Source: Setoptus koraiensis | Lineage: Eukaryota > Animalia > Arthropoda | Reading direction: 5' to 3' | Length of the DNA stretch: 64,000 nucleotides | Assembly: GCA_048013815.1 (NCBI GenBank) | Contig: CM106585.1 | Location: 13,268,001 to 13,332,000, forward strand | In this document: positions 47,961 through 62,200 of the stretch, piece by piece | Position numbering within the stretch: position 1 is the stretch's first letter | Layout: each line of letters opens with the position of its first letter | Made by a program: the position numbers and the translations under genes | Notes under the pieces: generated by a model | What the model saw: only the letters and a program-made list of their open reading frames with translations | What the model was told of the DNA's origin: nothing | The model's database searches: none

Positions 47961-48139
47961 CTGCATGTGGGAGAATAGTGACAACAACATTAACAATTAG
48001 TCGATTGGTTGCTGGAAAAGTGGCCAAAAATTGCCAAAAGTTGCCAAAAGTTGCCAAAAGTTGGCCCAATTTTGCAATCGGGGCAACGGGATCTTTGGAT
48101 TTTTGTATGGCTTTACAGTGGCAGTTTTGTGAGGCTTAC

Positions 48140-49109
48140 CCTTGCGTTGTGCATGCTCAGGATGTAGTTGCAATCCTTCATGTAGGCGTACAGGTCCTGG
48201 CCAACGTACTCGAACACCAGCGTCAGCTTCTCCGGCGTGTGACAAATGTCGTGCAATGTGACAATGTTGTTGTGACGCAACAATCGCAACAGCGACACCT
48301 CACGGATGGCCGTACACGGGGCGCCCTCGTCGTGTTCTTTGAGAATTTCCTTCAGTGCCACCAGCTCGTTGCTGAGCCGACTGCGGCCCTGATACACGGT
48401 GGCGTAGGTGCCCTTGCCCAGCTTTTGCAGCTTGAAATAGGACTCGATTTTGCCGTAGCCCAGGTCGGACAACGATTGCCGCTGCTCCGATCTGCTCAGT
48501 CGCCGCTGGGGCACCAAGCACACGTTGCCTGCGCCACAGTCGCCCTGCAGTGAGCCGGCCGGCGAGCTCGAGCCGCTACTGGCCACACTGCCGCTGCTGC
48601 CCTGACTGCCCCTGGCCCCCGGCCCGGAATACGCCGGCTGCGGAAGGGCGCCTGTGCCCGCCAGGCCGCTACCGAACTTGATTCTGTTGTTAACTTGTTG
48701 CTGTAATGCTAGATTTCGCGCTCTCGGCGACGAGCTGCTGCTGGCCATATCATCATTGGCCGTCACCGTCAGCGGCGAGCCCACTTTAGTGGCCGCCTTC
48801 AGCACTATTGTTCCGTCCAAATTGAGGCACGGCGTGTCGGCCACAGTGATCCGCCTAGACATGACCGCACGGGCTTGCTGCTGTTCCGGCTCGCCGGCGA
48901 CAACTTGCCCGGCCGTGTCCGCTGCCGGCTTGTTGTTTTGGTGGTTTTTGGGGTCCGGATGCTGCGCGCCCGATGCATGGCTGCTATCAACGTGGTGCGG
49001 GCTTACATCAACATTTATATTAAAGCTTGACGTTGTCGGCCTGATGGCCAGGTGAGAGGGGTGCTCGATGAAAGAGGTGGATTTGGTACGATAATTGCTA
49101 GTTTTTAAT

Positions 49110-49140
<31 letters not shown>

Positions 49141-50050
49141 CGACGTGCCCGTCGTCGTCAACTGCAACCGTCTGCGGCGCTGTTGCGCCATCAGAGAATT
49201 GGGGCGAGCCGGCCGAAAAACTAATCGACGACGACGACGAATCCGACGACGCACTGCCCAAGTTGCGCTGGTGAGCCAGTTGGTGGCTTGAGAAGCGCCC
49301 GCTACTCAATAGAGAATCATAGGAGCCAACTACCTCTTGGCATGAGGCCGACACGACCATGCTAGAACGGGGCGATGGCGTTCTGTTGGCCGATTTGCAT
49401 TGGCTCACGCAGGGCAAGTCGCGAAGCTCGTCGTTGTCGCCGTCGTCGTCCACCAAATCATTCTCTTCCTCTTCGTTGAACGACGACGACGGCGACGTTG
49501 AACCCGTCAGGGGCGATCTGATGTGAAATCTCGACAACGGGCCCATTGGCGACAATCGGTCAGTGGGACTGCCCTTGATGATCCTCTTGTTGTTTGCGCC
49601 GGCGGCGCCATTTATTTGGATAGGCAAAGAGTGTGGCCTCAGTTGGGCCGCCTCGTTGGCTTTGCTGTTGTTGCTGCTTTTCAGCTTCATGGCCTTAATA
49701 GACTGCGTGATGTGATAAAAGGGAAACTGATCCAGTTTGTTGCTCTGTTTCAAACAGTTGGTCAGTCGATCGGCCTCGCATCGCATCTGCTGCTTGGCGT
49801 CTGAACTGCTGTTGTTGTTGTTAATTGTTGTGATTGATGTTTCATTGTTGTTGACAACGGTGCTATCGTTGTTGTTTGTTTTAACTGATGCATAACGGTG
49901 TAGGTGATCCATTTTTGTTTGAATCTCATCGAGGTTGTTGTTGTTGCTGTTGTTGTTGTTGTTGTTGTTGTTTATCTCGTTGTGTGATATAGTTGCGTTG
50001 ATTGTTGGTGAGACAAATGTTGTCGCCTCTCGTTCACTGTATCTACCCAT
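48140..50050 (-). CDS. CDK16: PCTAIRE-type CDK, exon 1 (long low-complexity N-terminus + kinase N-lobe)
   Basis: [51 protein letters not shown] (PCTAIRE, not PFTAIRE). Donor AGG|GTAAGC at 48139 and a 179-nt intron in phase 0. The start is uncertain: ATG at 50050 or an upstream exon. Confidence 0.93.
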
Positions 50051-50185
50051 CACTAGCGATGATTTTGTATTGTCGTGTCGTTGTTGTATATGTCAAATAT
50101 ATGTATCAGCAATGACCATTTATTACTTCTGTCGAGCACATAAATTTTGTTGAGTTAGTAATGATATAGAATGCTAATAGAAATG

Positions 50186-50196
50186 GTGTGTGTGTG

Positions 50197-50286
<90 letters not shown>
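50186..50286. repeat. (GT)n microsatellite
   Basis: Near-perfect run of about 100 nt. Confidence 0.96.
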
Positions 50287-50287
<1 letters not shown>

Positions 50288-53200
50288 AATATTGCTATCT
50301 ATCGGATGATCATACGCAGAGAGACAATAGTGGAGATTGTTGCAATGATATGCACCGATCAAAACAACAACAGCAACGATCACAATTGCTGCCAGTGGTT
50401 GCTCGAACAACAATAAATAAAGTGATCAATAAGTGAGAGGGGATAATAGCAAATCCGCGGCTAATACACACTCACTAATCCCGCGCTCACAATTGTCAGC
50501 CTTTGATTGACTAACTAATGCTGTTGCTCTGTCAATGTATATAATCAATCACTCACCCACACAATATTGCTATTAAAAATAAAAACTAGTCGATCGATTG
50601 ATCCTTATGTCTTGACAACAGGACGAAGCTTGTCGTGTGGCCACCATTTATGGAATGCCAACAGTGATAGTAGCAGTGATGAACTTAGTAAATGTTGTTT
50701 TTGGCGTGATTCACATTAGATTATAATTTTTCATATATTTGATTATAATTTTGCTTATTTGGGTTGTGTGCGCGTTATATTCTCGCATCAATGCGCAAAT
50801 ATGATGTGTCGATCACCAATAAAAAGCAATGATTTCATTGTCAAAAAGTGTGCCTTCGATGGGCGCAATTGATCTCACTTAAGCTCACTTTCGCTTGTTG
50901 GCTGAATCCGCATCTATGGGCTTTCGTTGTTGTTGATTTATCTTGTATTGCAATCTGTGTGCTGATCGCTTGTGTGTTTGTGTGTGTGTGTGCGCGCGGC
51001 AACAATCGCGGCAATCTTGGGCTCGATCAAAAGGTGTAGTGGTGGTGGTTGCATCAATAATATCAGTATTTGATGTTATTATTATTATTAATATTTGTGT
51101 ATATTAATGGGGAGAGAAATTGGCCGTGGCGACGATGACACTATTGTTGTGGTTCAACTAGAAACTAACAACTGCAACAAGTTACTAGTAACTGCGACTC
51201 GACTAATAACAAGAGATTTGTCAATGTTGGCGCATGCTAACAAATAGCAAATTCATACATGTACTGTGTGTTTGTGAGTGTGTGTATTGTTGCTGTTGTT
51301 GAATAATAATAATAAAACGTGGATACGGGTCACGGTTAAACGATGCCAACTGAAAGGGGTTGCTGGTCGTGTTTGGCTGCCGTCGTTCGCCCGATGCGAT
51401 CAGTTTATCAATGTGATGTCCCAACGGCTCCGCGGCGCCTTATATAATAAGAATAATAAAAAATATCTGGTGATACACTTTCAACAGGTAGCACATGTGA
51501 CTGTGACATGGTCGCGTCGTATTGTTGTTTGTGCTTCGAATGACAACTCACTACTGACAACAACTCATCGCTCGCCGCCAACAACTGCCGCTGCTGGCCA
51601 CGCTTCTCGCCGCCGCCGCCGCTCTGCCCGTCTCTACCTGTCTCTGCCTGTCTCTACCTGGCGGCTGTCTCCACCTGACTGGCTGGCTGGCTGGCTCCGA
51701 TCCAGGCTGCGAGTGCTGCTCGGCTAGTTGCGGTTGCCAGTAAACACTGGCCACACCACACACACGAAACAGGTTCTTGAGGGCGCCTCCAAGTGGCCAG
51801 ACCACTCAACTACTACGCCAAACATCCTGGCGCCAGTTTGCTGCTGGTTAGGCTGGTGGCGGCCCGACTATCGCTGTCACACTAACCAGTCAGCCAGCCA
51901 GCCAGCCAATCTCGAGCCGGCTCCATTCAATAGACTCCATTGGGCTCAAATGAGCTCCAAGCTAAGCAAGTCTCTCTTGATATGCTAGCTATAACCAGTT
52001 TAGTCTGTCGTTGCCAGCCAGCCAGCAAGCAACAAGATTGCAAATAGTTGATTGCTGCTGCTAACAACGCCCGCCATTGCCGTAGTCGCTCAATTTATCT
52101 CACCCAATCCAATCCAATCCGATCTGAACCGATCCGATCCGAATTTAGTATCTGTTGGTTGTTTTATTGCAACTGCACTGTACAAATAACAGGCAATTTT
52201 GCAACAGCACTAGCCCTATCCCTTCTGTTTGCGCCGGCTTGCCAAAAGCGTCCGCCAGAGGCGCTCTCGACGCTCGAGAATGCACACCCAAGCGTGTGGT
52301 GTCACGTTTCAACGCTGCACTTGATTGCTACCCTTTTGCGTGCAAGCTTGGAACGGGACGAGCTCGACGCAACAGGCGGTGCACCGTGTGCGCGCTGACG
52401 TTGCGTAGCAGCGCCGCCCTCGCGGACGCGCAAGAGAAGCTGTTTGTGCAAAGGAGAGGAAGCGCAGTGTTTGCAAGAAAGCAGGTACACTCGAAGTGGC
52501 TAGCCAGCCGACTAATGCGACTAATGGCTAATTGGCGCGCAAACTGCCAAATATAAACTGCCGCGACAACCACAACAAGTGCTCAGATGGAGCGAGCGAT
52601 CTTGGCGTTTGCTGGCATATATTGTGCTCGCATGCCGATAATAGGGCGCATATGCGCATCGTTACGACAAACAAACAGAGACGGCGTAGGCTCATTAGAC
52701 ATCGCAATGAATACAGTGTATTTAAGTGGCAGCCTAATTGAATAGACTGCTTACGTGATGCTCGCCGAGCGACCAGCGAGCGAGTCGGGCCGGCAGCTCA
52801 CGTAGTCGTCGTCCTACTATCACAGTGACAGTCAGATGGGTGTCAGATGAGTGTCAGTGATAGAGGCAGCGAACAGTAACAACGCGACTCGCGCCCCTCT
52901 GTCTGCCAGCCACACTCAACTGTCTGTCCTCACCTGTCTTGCTGACTCGAGTTGGCATCATTATGGTTGACACTGTCAGCCGTATGATAATGGTGCCATT
53001 CGGCGCTGCAATCAGTGCTCCGCCCCGTCTAGACAGCGGCGCGGCAACCGCAGGCAGCGCCACCGCGGCAGAGAACGTCGAGTTCGCTGTCAGAAAGAAT
53101 CGACCAAGTCGACCTGACATGTTGTAAGTCAACAGATTATGTAACGACGCCAGCATCACGTACTCTGCGGAGCACGTACACACACGCCGACACAGTCGAC

Positions 53201-56200
53201 AGTTGATTTCGCCGCGTTGGCCGCGCCGAGTCAACAATCACGCCAGCATCCATCACGTACGCACTGGCTCACCTGTGCGCCGCACAGGTGATGATAGCTC
53301 ACCTGTGTTTTTGTTGATGTCGACTGTGTGTTGTGTTGTCGATTGTGCTCAACAATGTTGGTGCCACCATCGATCATTGGGACGCCGGGCGCGCGGATTA
53401 CGCCGAGCGACAAGCGTGACTATTTGCGCGATGCCAACACACAACGCGGCGGCCGGCCGGTTGTGTCACGATTATATCACAACAACATAACAGACATGTA
53501 ATAACAGACTCACGGCCTGTCAGACAGTTGGCACGGTTGACAATGAGTGTGCCCATTAAACGATTAAACCTGGTTGCGTTTGTGGGCTCGCAAACAAGGC
53601 GAATAGCGCAAATAACGCGAATGGCACACAATTAACGCGCTCAAATGATAATAAACTCGGCTCATGCTTGACCGATTGGCCCCACAAATTTATTAACAGG
53701 CAACCGGCACGAGTACGAGTCAATGACCAGCTTCAAGTTGGCTCGCAATCGAGTGGCCGAGTCAAGTTAAATAGTGGCAATGGCGACAGTACACACACAA
53801 GTGGCTGGTCGGCAGCATTTTTCAGCGACTATTCGTCGTCTATTCGTTATTTATCGTTTATATTTCGCACTCACAACACAATCGCTGGCGCTTGCCACCT
53901 TGCCAGTCTCGCCTGCCTCGCCAGCCTAGCTTGCCAGCGTCGCCAGCGTACAAACGTAGCAAACAATACAGGCGAAATGAACGAATGCCAAAAACAATGA
54001 TCAAGGTCCCTGCCAGTTAGCAAATCCCTTGCTCTCTCTCTCTCTCTCTCTTCTTGTGTGATGCCTGCTCGCTATCGCGATTTCGATCTCTTTATTGTTA
54101 TAACGAGAGAGAGAGAGAAAGATTTCATTATCAATTACCAGCCAGCGCAACAAAAACAATGAACTAACCAACTCACAACATCTGACTTGCCAGATAACAG
54201 AGATGGAGGGGACAGATTGTGTGACAAGTGCCACACACTCACTTGAGCAGCATGTACCAAAACATTGATCAACAAGTGTATCAACTGGCGCGCTATTTAG
54301 AGCTTGTAGAGCTTTTTAGCTTGTCGGGCGTACTTACCGATCAACTGACTGATGCGGTTACAACATCATCTAATAATAAATCAAAAGCCAGTTTCTCCAT
54401 TTTCTCCATTTTATCTCTGCTCGCTTATCCATCGATCATCCGCCGAGCCATTTGTGTGTAAGTAACTTTGTATGGCACTCAAGACAAATGTAATAATAAT
54501 AGTTAATAATACTATAATGCTCATGTTCTAGTGTGTTGCCTCCTCTGTGACTCTTTATCCAATCAGATCAGATCAAACCCACTCTGCTCTTGATCTTGCA
54601 TCTTTCAACAGGCGCCATGTACACTTACGAACACATATACGCACTTACGCACCAGCCCAGGTTACGCTAGATCGCAACAGATTATTTAGTAACACCTAAC
54701 CAGTCAACTAGCTAACTAAAATTTATAAGCATCAGTGTATCCAGTTGGCCTGCTGCTAATTGTAGTTGCCAGATTGAGTTAGTTTTTATTATATTGTATT
54801 TGTATTGTATTATCCCGCCATTGCGTTGATCGGGATAATGCAATATATAATAAATACGACAATACGACGCTCATTCTTATTGGCACCGCTCGCATTAGAC
54901 ATGCATGCTGATTAATAATGGTGATTAATCATTATAACAAACACAAAATCAATAACAACACTCAAATGTAACGCCAATCACTTGTATTTATATATCTAGC
55001 GTTATGAGTAATCCTCTGCGATGATTCCTCGATCAAGTGCACACACACACACACACAACACCACCACCAGTATGTTATGTAATACTGCTACTGCTGTAAT
55101 CTGATCGCAGCTTCCCTTCAACTTGCTGCCAGTGCTAGCGATTCCGAGAATTTTGTTTCTCTAGTCAATACAAACGCCATATCACAGGATATGCTGAGGA
55201 TGCACCGAACATATACGGCCGATATACTCAGCATGATAATAAGTAACTAGCGATAATAATAAAAAAGAATAACACTGTCAATTTGCACCATGGCTGACCT
55301 ACAGGTCCGTTGTTAGCGGTTTTGCTCGCTTGATAGCCAAACGCTCAATGGATAAACTCCAATTGATCAATCTCTTAATTGATTGGTCGATTGAAACCCG
55401 ATACTCTTGTCACTGATATCTTGTCGACGATTAGAGCATTGCGCTGCTTAGATGGCCGCTCACTTTCAAATTGTTGCGCCATTAAAAGGCTTATTCCGTT
55501 TTGCAATTCTGACGAGTTATTTGGTTAGTTTTCAAGGGCCTTAAATCTAGGGCCTGTCCCAGTCACAACGCAGTCCCTGAAAGGTGACCAATTTCGGGTC
55601 TTGCCAAGAACGTCTTGGCGTGCATCAATAGTCGACAAGGTCTTAGTGAGCTCGCGTTGAGTTGAAAAATCCGGTGTACAATTCAGGATCTGCCCTCTTG
55701 TGAATATTCACACACATTTGTGTGTGTGTCAACTGCATCGCCTGTATAATTATAATAATAATTATAGTTGTACAAACAGATAATTGATGCGATGCAATTG
55801 AATGCGCGACTACTACCAAAGGCGTGAGAATATCGCTAAAAAGAGGTCACTGCCACCGGCTGGTCGATGACAAAAACAGCTAGCGGTTGATGGCTATCAA
55901 AACTGGTGGCAGCTTATTATTACTACAGTTTATTATTAATTTTAATTAATGATGATCGAATTAACGCGATGCCTTGCTGTGTGCCGGCCACAAGTGGCTG
56001 TCTAGCGGTTGGGTAATGTTGCGCAACAACAATTATGGCCTCCAATTAATGTTGGTTCAAGCCGAAAAGCGTTTGAGACTAACGGAAAGCGTGCACAAGC
56101 CGTTCAATACTGTTCAGTGAAGGGAATAATGTCACCTATTTATTAGCCTTGTTAGAGTGTGTTGAATAGACAGATTGAACTCCCACGAAAATCATCGTCG

Positions 56201-59200
56201 TCGTACAAATATTGACTGACTGCAACTAGCTGCCAAAAGCGCATTGGACAGCGCATTGGTTAGCCACGTTCGCATTCATATTCACAGATAATTGTCGGCT
56301 AGCCAATAATTGGTGGCTCAATCAGCCAGGCCAGCAACTGCTAAAGACGATGCAATTTATTCAATTATGGTCGCAATCAATTCAAGTTTTAGGTGAAGTG
56401 ATGCAGATGTGCGAAACGAGTACGGGCACAACGGCAACTGCAAACAAGTTGCTGCCGTAGATAAACCAATCGAGCCTCGCTACTCAATATCATATTGAGT
56501 AGTGAATATTGTATTGAGTATTATATTGAATATCATATTGAGTCTGCTATTTCTACAGCGTCAGCCAGACCTAATATGCAGGCTAATGGAGAGGCTAATA
56601 CAGACAGGCGACGGATTTTGTTGTTGCTGGTGGCGCTCGTGAGCTTGCAAAGAAGCCAAAAGAAGGCAGTAAAAATGAATTTTAATTGCATGCGGAAAGC
56701 ATGCTGCCTGGGCGCGCTAATGATAGACAAATAATAACAGCGACAGCAATAGTAATAATAATGATAATACATATAGTAATAGTGATAATAGTTATAGGAA
56801 TAGTAATAATAGTTATAGGAATAGAAGTAGCGAGCAAGGCGACAAACCCGAGCCCGCTGTTGGCGGTGCAGCGCAAATTGAGAGTTATTATTGGCGGAAA
56901 ACATGTTGGCCGACGCGAGAAGGATTGCCACTTGTTGCTTACGACGATATTCGCGATATTCGCATTCGCTCATACACAAACAACAAGAGCAGCAACAAAA
57001 TCTCTGGCTCATTCCTAGACGGATTATAAAATCATGCACTCCAGCATTATACATGTTTTCGGTTCAAGTGCAACGTTTCTCTCTGTGTAATGTAATCTAA
57101 AATATCTATAACTCAGACGAGCCAACAACAACAACAACAACAACTGCTGGATGCTGGATGTATTCAATGCAACTTGGATGGAATTTCGGCGTCGGATTTC
57201 GCAGATAAACGCGACTCGGCGGCGTTCATTTGCATGCCGGCGCACTCTCTACTTTCGAGCCACTTTCACGAGCATGAATCCGAATGATTATCGCCATCAA
57301 TGCGAAAGTATGCAAAGCTCAATGGCTGTATGAGTCTCATAGCATGAGAGAGCAATCTGATTGCAGGCAACAACAACAACACATCTCGTCTGTTGCCAAT
57401 AACAACTAGAGTGACGGCCGAACGAGATACACATCATAAAGGGTTGCACGATGCAAGATGATCATTCATCTGGGCAATCTCAAAATTAGCTCTTAGAAGC
57501 CTTCTCCGAGATGCTCGTTTTATGCAGCTGACGATGCCATTCTGTACAATGAGCCCGCTTTTGCATGAGATTTCCGGAACCTATCGCAACATCATCAATT
57601 GCCAGTCCATTGTTGCCTGTATCAACCTTTGAATTTGATTTCTCGGAACTTCTGTTCTCGGAACTTGTGTTGCCAGTGCGCGCAACAGACAGAACAGAAT
57701 TCGCACAAACAGAATGTTTGTGAGAGAATTATTGTGAGTATCATGCCATTTTTGCGATCACTAATGCCATCCTGTGGGCGATTGACCTATTCGTTGGCCC
57801 ATTAGTTGCGAATCGTTTTGAATGAGCCACCTTGAAAAGTCACTCCGTCGGCTTATACGTGATCGCATCGCTTTCCATACTTGAATCGAGTCGACTCAAT
57901 GGGAACTCACGCAATTCGCGGAAGCAACTTTATTTCGTACCCGCGAAGACATACCTGGCCATGGTATGATTAATGCCCATGGTATGATGCCCAGGCAGGC
58001 GCTCTGTCGACGCGACCGACAAAACTGTTGCGAGACTGAACTAAACAAATGCAAAATGCATATGTATGATGTCTAATTGAAACGAGCAACAACAGCACCA
58101 ACAACACATTGTGCAAAAGTGCTGCCAAGTTGCGAGTAAATTTTCAGAGGGCGAGTTCATGGCGAGAAAAGAGTTACTCGCTCGCCGGAGAGCATAATCA
58201 CGGTGAACGATATTACATAAGTTGCTTCCGATTTGGGGCATTGTCCACCAGAGAGCAGCCGTCAAAATTGTTTGCTCAATGCGCGACAGCAGCACACTCA
58301 CATTGATGCAACAGCAACAGGTTGGGCAAGATTGTTACAAGTAGGAAACTTGGTCACGTAACACTCGCTCGCTTTATGGCTTATCGCTGCAATCAGCACT
58401 GTGAACTTTCTCTGACTCTTATGAGCTGCCTATGATTCCCCAACCAATTAGTGCGTTGCTGGCGAGGCAGCAGTTGAACAGTTGAGTCCACTTGTTCAGT
58501 CCACTATTACTAGTTCCATTTCGCTCTGTTGGGCACTATTGGGCAGGCAGCAAGAATAAAGGAGCGAATCCTTCCTTGCGAACCAAGTCAGACGAGAGAA
58601 TGGGACGGCATAAACCGACGGAATAATTTTATTTTACACCGTAGCTTGTGGTAGCGACAAGCCCACACATTAGAGCCGCTTCTATGCGCCTAGCCAAAAA
58701 TTTTGGCTGCCTAAATGTGTGTTTGTGTGTGTGTGTGTTTACGCGAAAGGTAATATGTTAATTATTAATCATCAAGACGTTTGTGTGTGTGTGTGATATG
58801 GTGCATAACAAGCTACGTCATTCGAGTTATTTTTCTTCTTTTCTTCGATTCTCATTTATCTGTTCAATTCCATTGATTCAATAGATTAGTTAGTTAGTTG
58901 GTGTGTGTTCCGTTGTTTTTGTACACCTGTAATCGCAATAGTGAGCAAGCTTTCTGAAAGACGAGAAATTGTTGTTGTTGTTGTTTGGGTTGGCAATTTT
59001 AAAGCGACTAATGGCTTCGTATTAGAAATACAAGCCGAACATCATGATTGTCGGGGCAGCGGTGCAATTGAAAGTCGCAGCCAGACAGAAAGTATGTTTC
59101 AAGACCAGCAAACACTCACAAGTGGTAGCTCTCAGAACTCACATAGTATGATATCGTTGATGATCGTCATAATTGAACGCTTTACATGCTGTTGATGATG

Positions 59201-62200
59201 ATCTTACATGGTTTTAAATCAGGATGACGTTGCTGCTGGATCAACAGTCGGTACAGCCAGTACAATCATCGATCACAGTCGCATTCAAGTTGATATCTAA
59301 GTCAACAACAACAACAACAATTGCAACAATTGCTGGTGTCGCTACATTGACGTAAATTGATTGATTCAATTCATAGATCAATTATGGCCGGCTGACATTA
59401 CATTGGTGTGTCTTATTGGAACAATAATAATAATTTCTAGTTAGTCTCGAGCCATTAACTCGCGTATCGGTGTCAGGCTCGCACCGCTTTGTATGAGGCA
59501 ATGCTCCAATCAACTTGCAAAGGTTAAACCTGACGAGCCGGCTCGACATGCGCTGGCATCTCACAGGCATTGTCAGTGTAAGGCTTAGCCACAAAGGCCA
59601 CAAGGTGTAGATGAGATTATCCACAAGGGAGAGATTTTCAAAAACAAACTTGCAACAGCTTGTAAATCATCACTATTGCTCGCTCGAACACAACCATTGT
59701 TGGACGATCGTCAGCTGACTGTTGTGCCCTATGATGTAATTGTTATACTGTGCTCACTTGTCAGCGATTGCGGCGACTGTCGAGGATTCGCCAGACGCAC
59801 CGGCGACAAGCTTGCATCGCATGAGATAGGAGTCGTATGTCAGCCAGGCGTATGTCAGCCAGGCGTATGTCAGCAGCGTCGCGGGCTCGTATGGCTCCCA
59901 GAGAGCGGAGGAGCCACCGTCGGCTGTCATCTGTCATGCACACGAATATGATATTACGAATGAGCAGTGATCACCACAATCAATTTACAGTGATTTACAG
60001 TGATTTTTTATACTGGTGCTGCATGATAAACCTCAAATAAATCTGCACAATTGCGACACCGCCACCTGCCGCACGTCAAACAATAACAATTATGGTCGAT
60101 TGTTTGCCGATGGGCCCGCCCGGCTGGCTGACAATCATCTGACAATCATCCGACAATCGCAACACACTACCAATTGAGCCGGCTGCTGTTCGCTGTAATG
60201 CTGGCAATTAATTGCGAGTGACCTCGCTAATTAATTCAGGAGCGGCAGCAGCGAAAATTGTCTTCCATTAGCATTAGCAAGCATTTCACTGTTAGGCTGT
60301 TATTTGTATATTCACCATGCACTGTGTTTGCTTGAGTGGCGCCACTTGACAAGCCCGTTCATGCAGCTCAACTGATGGTTGTGATGGCAACGTTGGCAAT
60401 GTCAATTGATCGACTCGGCTGTCGCAAAGAGCACAATGCGCGCCACCATCAGCCCACAACACGGCAATCAGTGGCCATGACAATTGCCGATGGCAGCCAA
60501 CGGTAGAATCAGCCAACGGACAAACGGAAATGTTAGCGAATCTTTCATCGGGATTTAATTTACTCTCTGTCTCTCGCTCACTTGCAACGACAATAGGCGC
60601 TGTTATCATTAAATTAGCGGCGTGTGTGTGTGTGTGAGTAAGATCCGATATCCAAAGTTTGCCTTTTGCAAACGCTAACAAGTGATTAATTTGCAGCCAA
60701 TCGGGCGAGACACAAATTTAAATGCGATTTGCGATGCGCAGACAACACAATGACAGGCGGGCTCATCGTTTGTATGAATGCGATGCCCTTTGTTTAATGT
60801 TGTTTTGCGCTCTCTGCGCTAGCTATTAGCTAGTAGCTAATGATTTACGCCTGTACGCTGCGACAACGACGACGCCGCACGCCGAGCGCCCATCGAAGGC
60901 CATTTGTGTGTGCTCACTTTAGACAGCGACACACACAAACGAGAGCGCTCACACCCGTTCATGCCAAACTAGTGCAGACGCATGCGGGCAGGCACATTTC
61001 TGCGCGCACTCCAGTGAGCCCATTAATGGCGTGATGATGATAAATGATGCGATGGCAAAAATGCGCCTTTTTGTCAATTTTAGTCAAATATTAAGCCTTT
61101 AATGGCTGTTTGTGTCGCTCACTCAAGAATGTAACAGAAAAGTTGCTTTTATTCGGAAAATAAAAGCCACGTGGCCTAAACATTTTGCCGCTAGCAATAT
61201 CACATTTGTGATACACAATTGCAGATTAAATTTCTGCCATTAGTGAGTCGCACAACTCGCCCATTGCAAGCTGCCGAATTGTCTGTGCGGCGATATTGGG
61301 CAGATGAGTCGGCCGAGTCCCCAAACGGGAGCTGTCACGCATGTGACAAGCGCAATTGTAGCTGATGAGCAGGTGATACGCGCGACCTTCAATCGAGAGT
61401 GTCTTGTCGCGAGAGCTTGCACATCAGGAGCTCGCAAGATCGGCGATATAATGGCGCGCGCCGAAGAGCATGCCTCAATTGGCTAGCTCTCTGGTGTCTA
61501 GATTGGCCTGTCTAATGATTAATTTGGCTGACTGGTTGAATCGCGAGTCGCGAGACAAAAAGCGATTTATCTCTCTCAAGTCGGCCAGCGCTTACTGTAG
61601 CCTGTCATTGTGATGGCAAGCTAACACTTGCGATAATGTATAATGCAGCCAACCAGTGAGTTAGTCAGTTAGTGAGCCAGCCAGGCTGAACGTTGGGCAC
61701 AATTATAATTTGCTCACGGCGACGGGAAGCCTGAGAAGGAAGCGAGATAATTGTTTACTAGTTCCAGCTACTGCTACCACCATTGCTACCAGCAGCGCCA
61801 GTGAGACACTTCTCTGCGCTCTCTTTGACTTTCTTTCGAATCGACAACAGTTTTCTTCTTTTAACCTGCACTCAAACAATCCATGCAGCCTCGTCTTCGA
61901 AATCGCAGCGGCTGCCGGCACCTGTTGCTGGTGACGCTTGCCACACGCTTATATGTGTGTGTCCCCGGTGACGCCATGCACTTACATTACCAGCTAAGCT
62001 AACTAAAACGACTACACAGACAGAGGGCTGCTGCTGCTGTCTAGACGCCAACAGCACCAGCAGCAGCGTAAGCTACCGACGTGCCATGTTTTTAATTGAC
62101 GCAATCAGCATCACAAATAGCAACGCAGCAATGGCCAGGTGAAAATCGGGCGCAATCCGGAAGGCGGAATGTGGAATGCGAATAGTGGAATGTGAACTGA

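Noticed and set aside
47307-50050. Eip63E/CDK14 (PFTAIRE) assignment
   Set aside because: The cyclin-binding helix reads PCTAIRE and the flanks match CDK16/17.
50670-50770. C/D box snoRNA (GTGATGA)
   Set aside because: No downstream CTGA D box or terminal stem.
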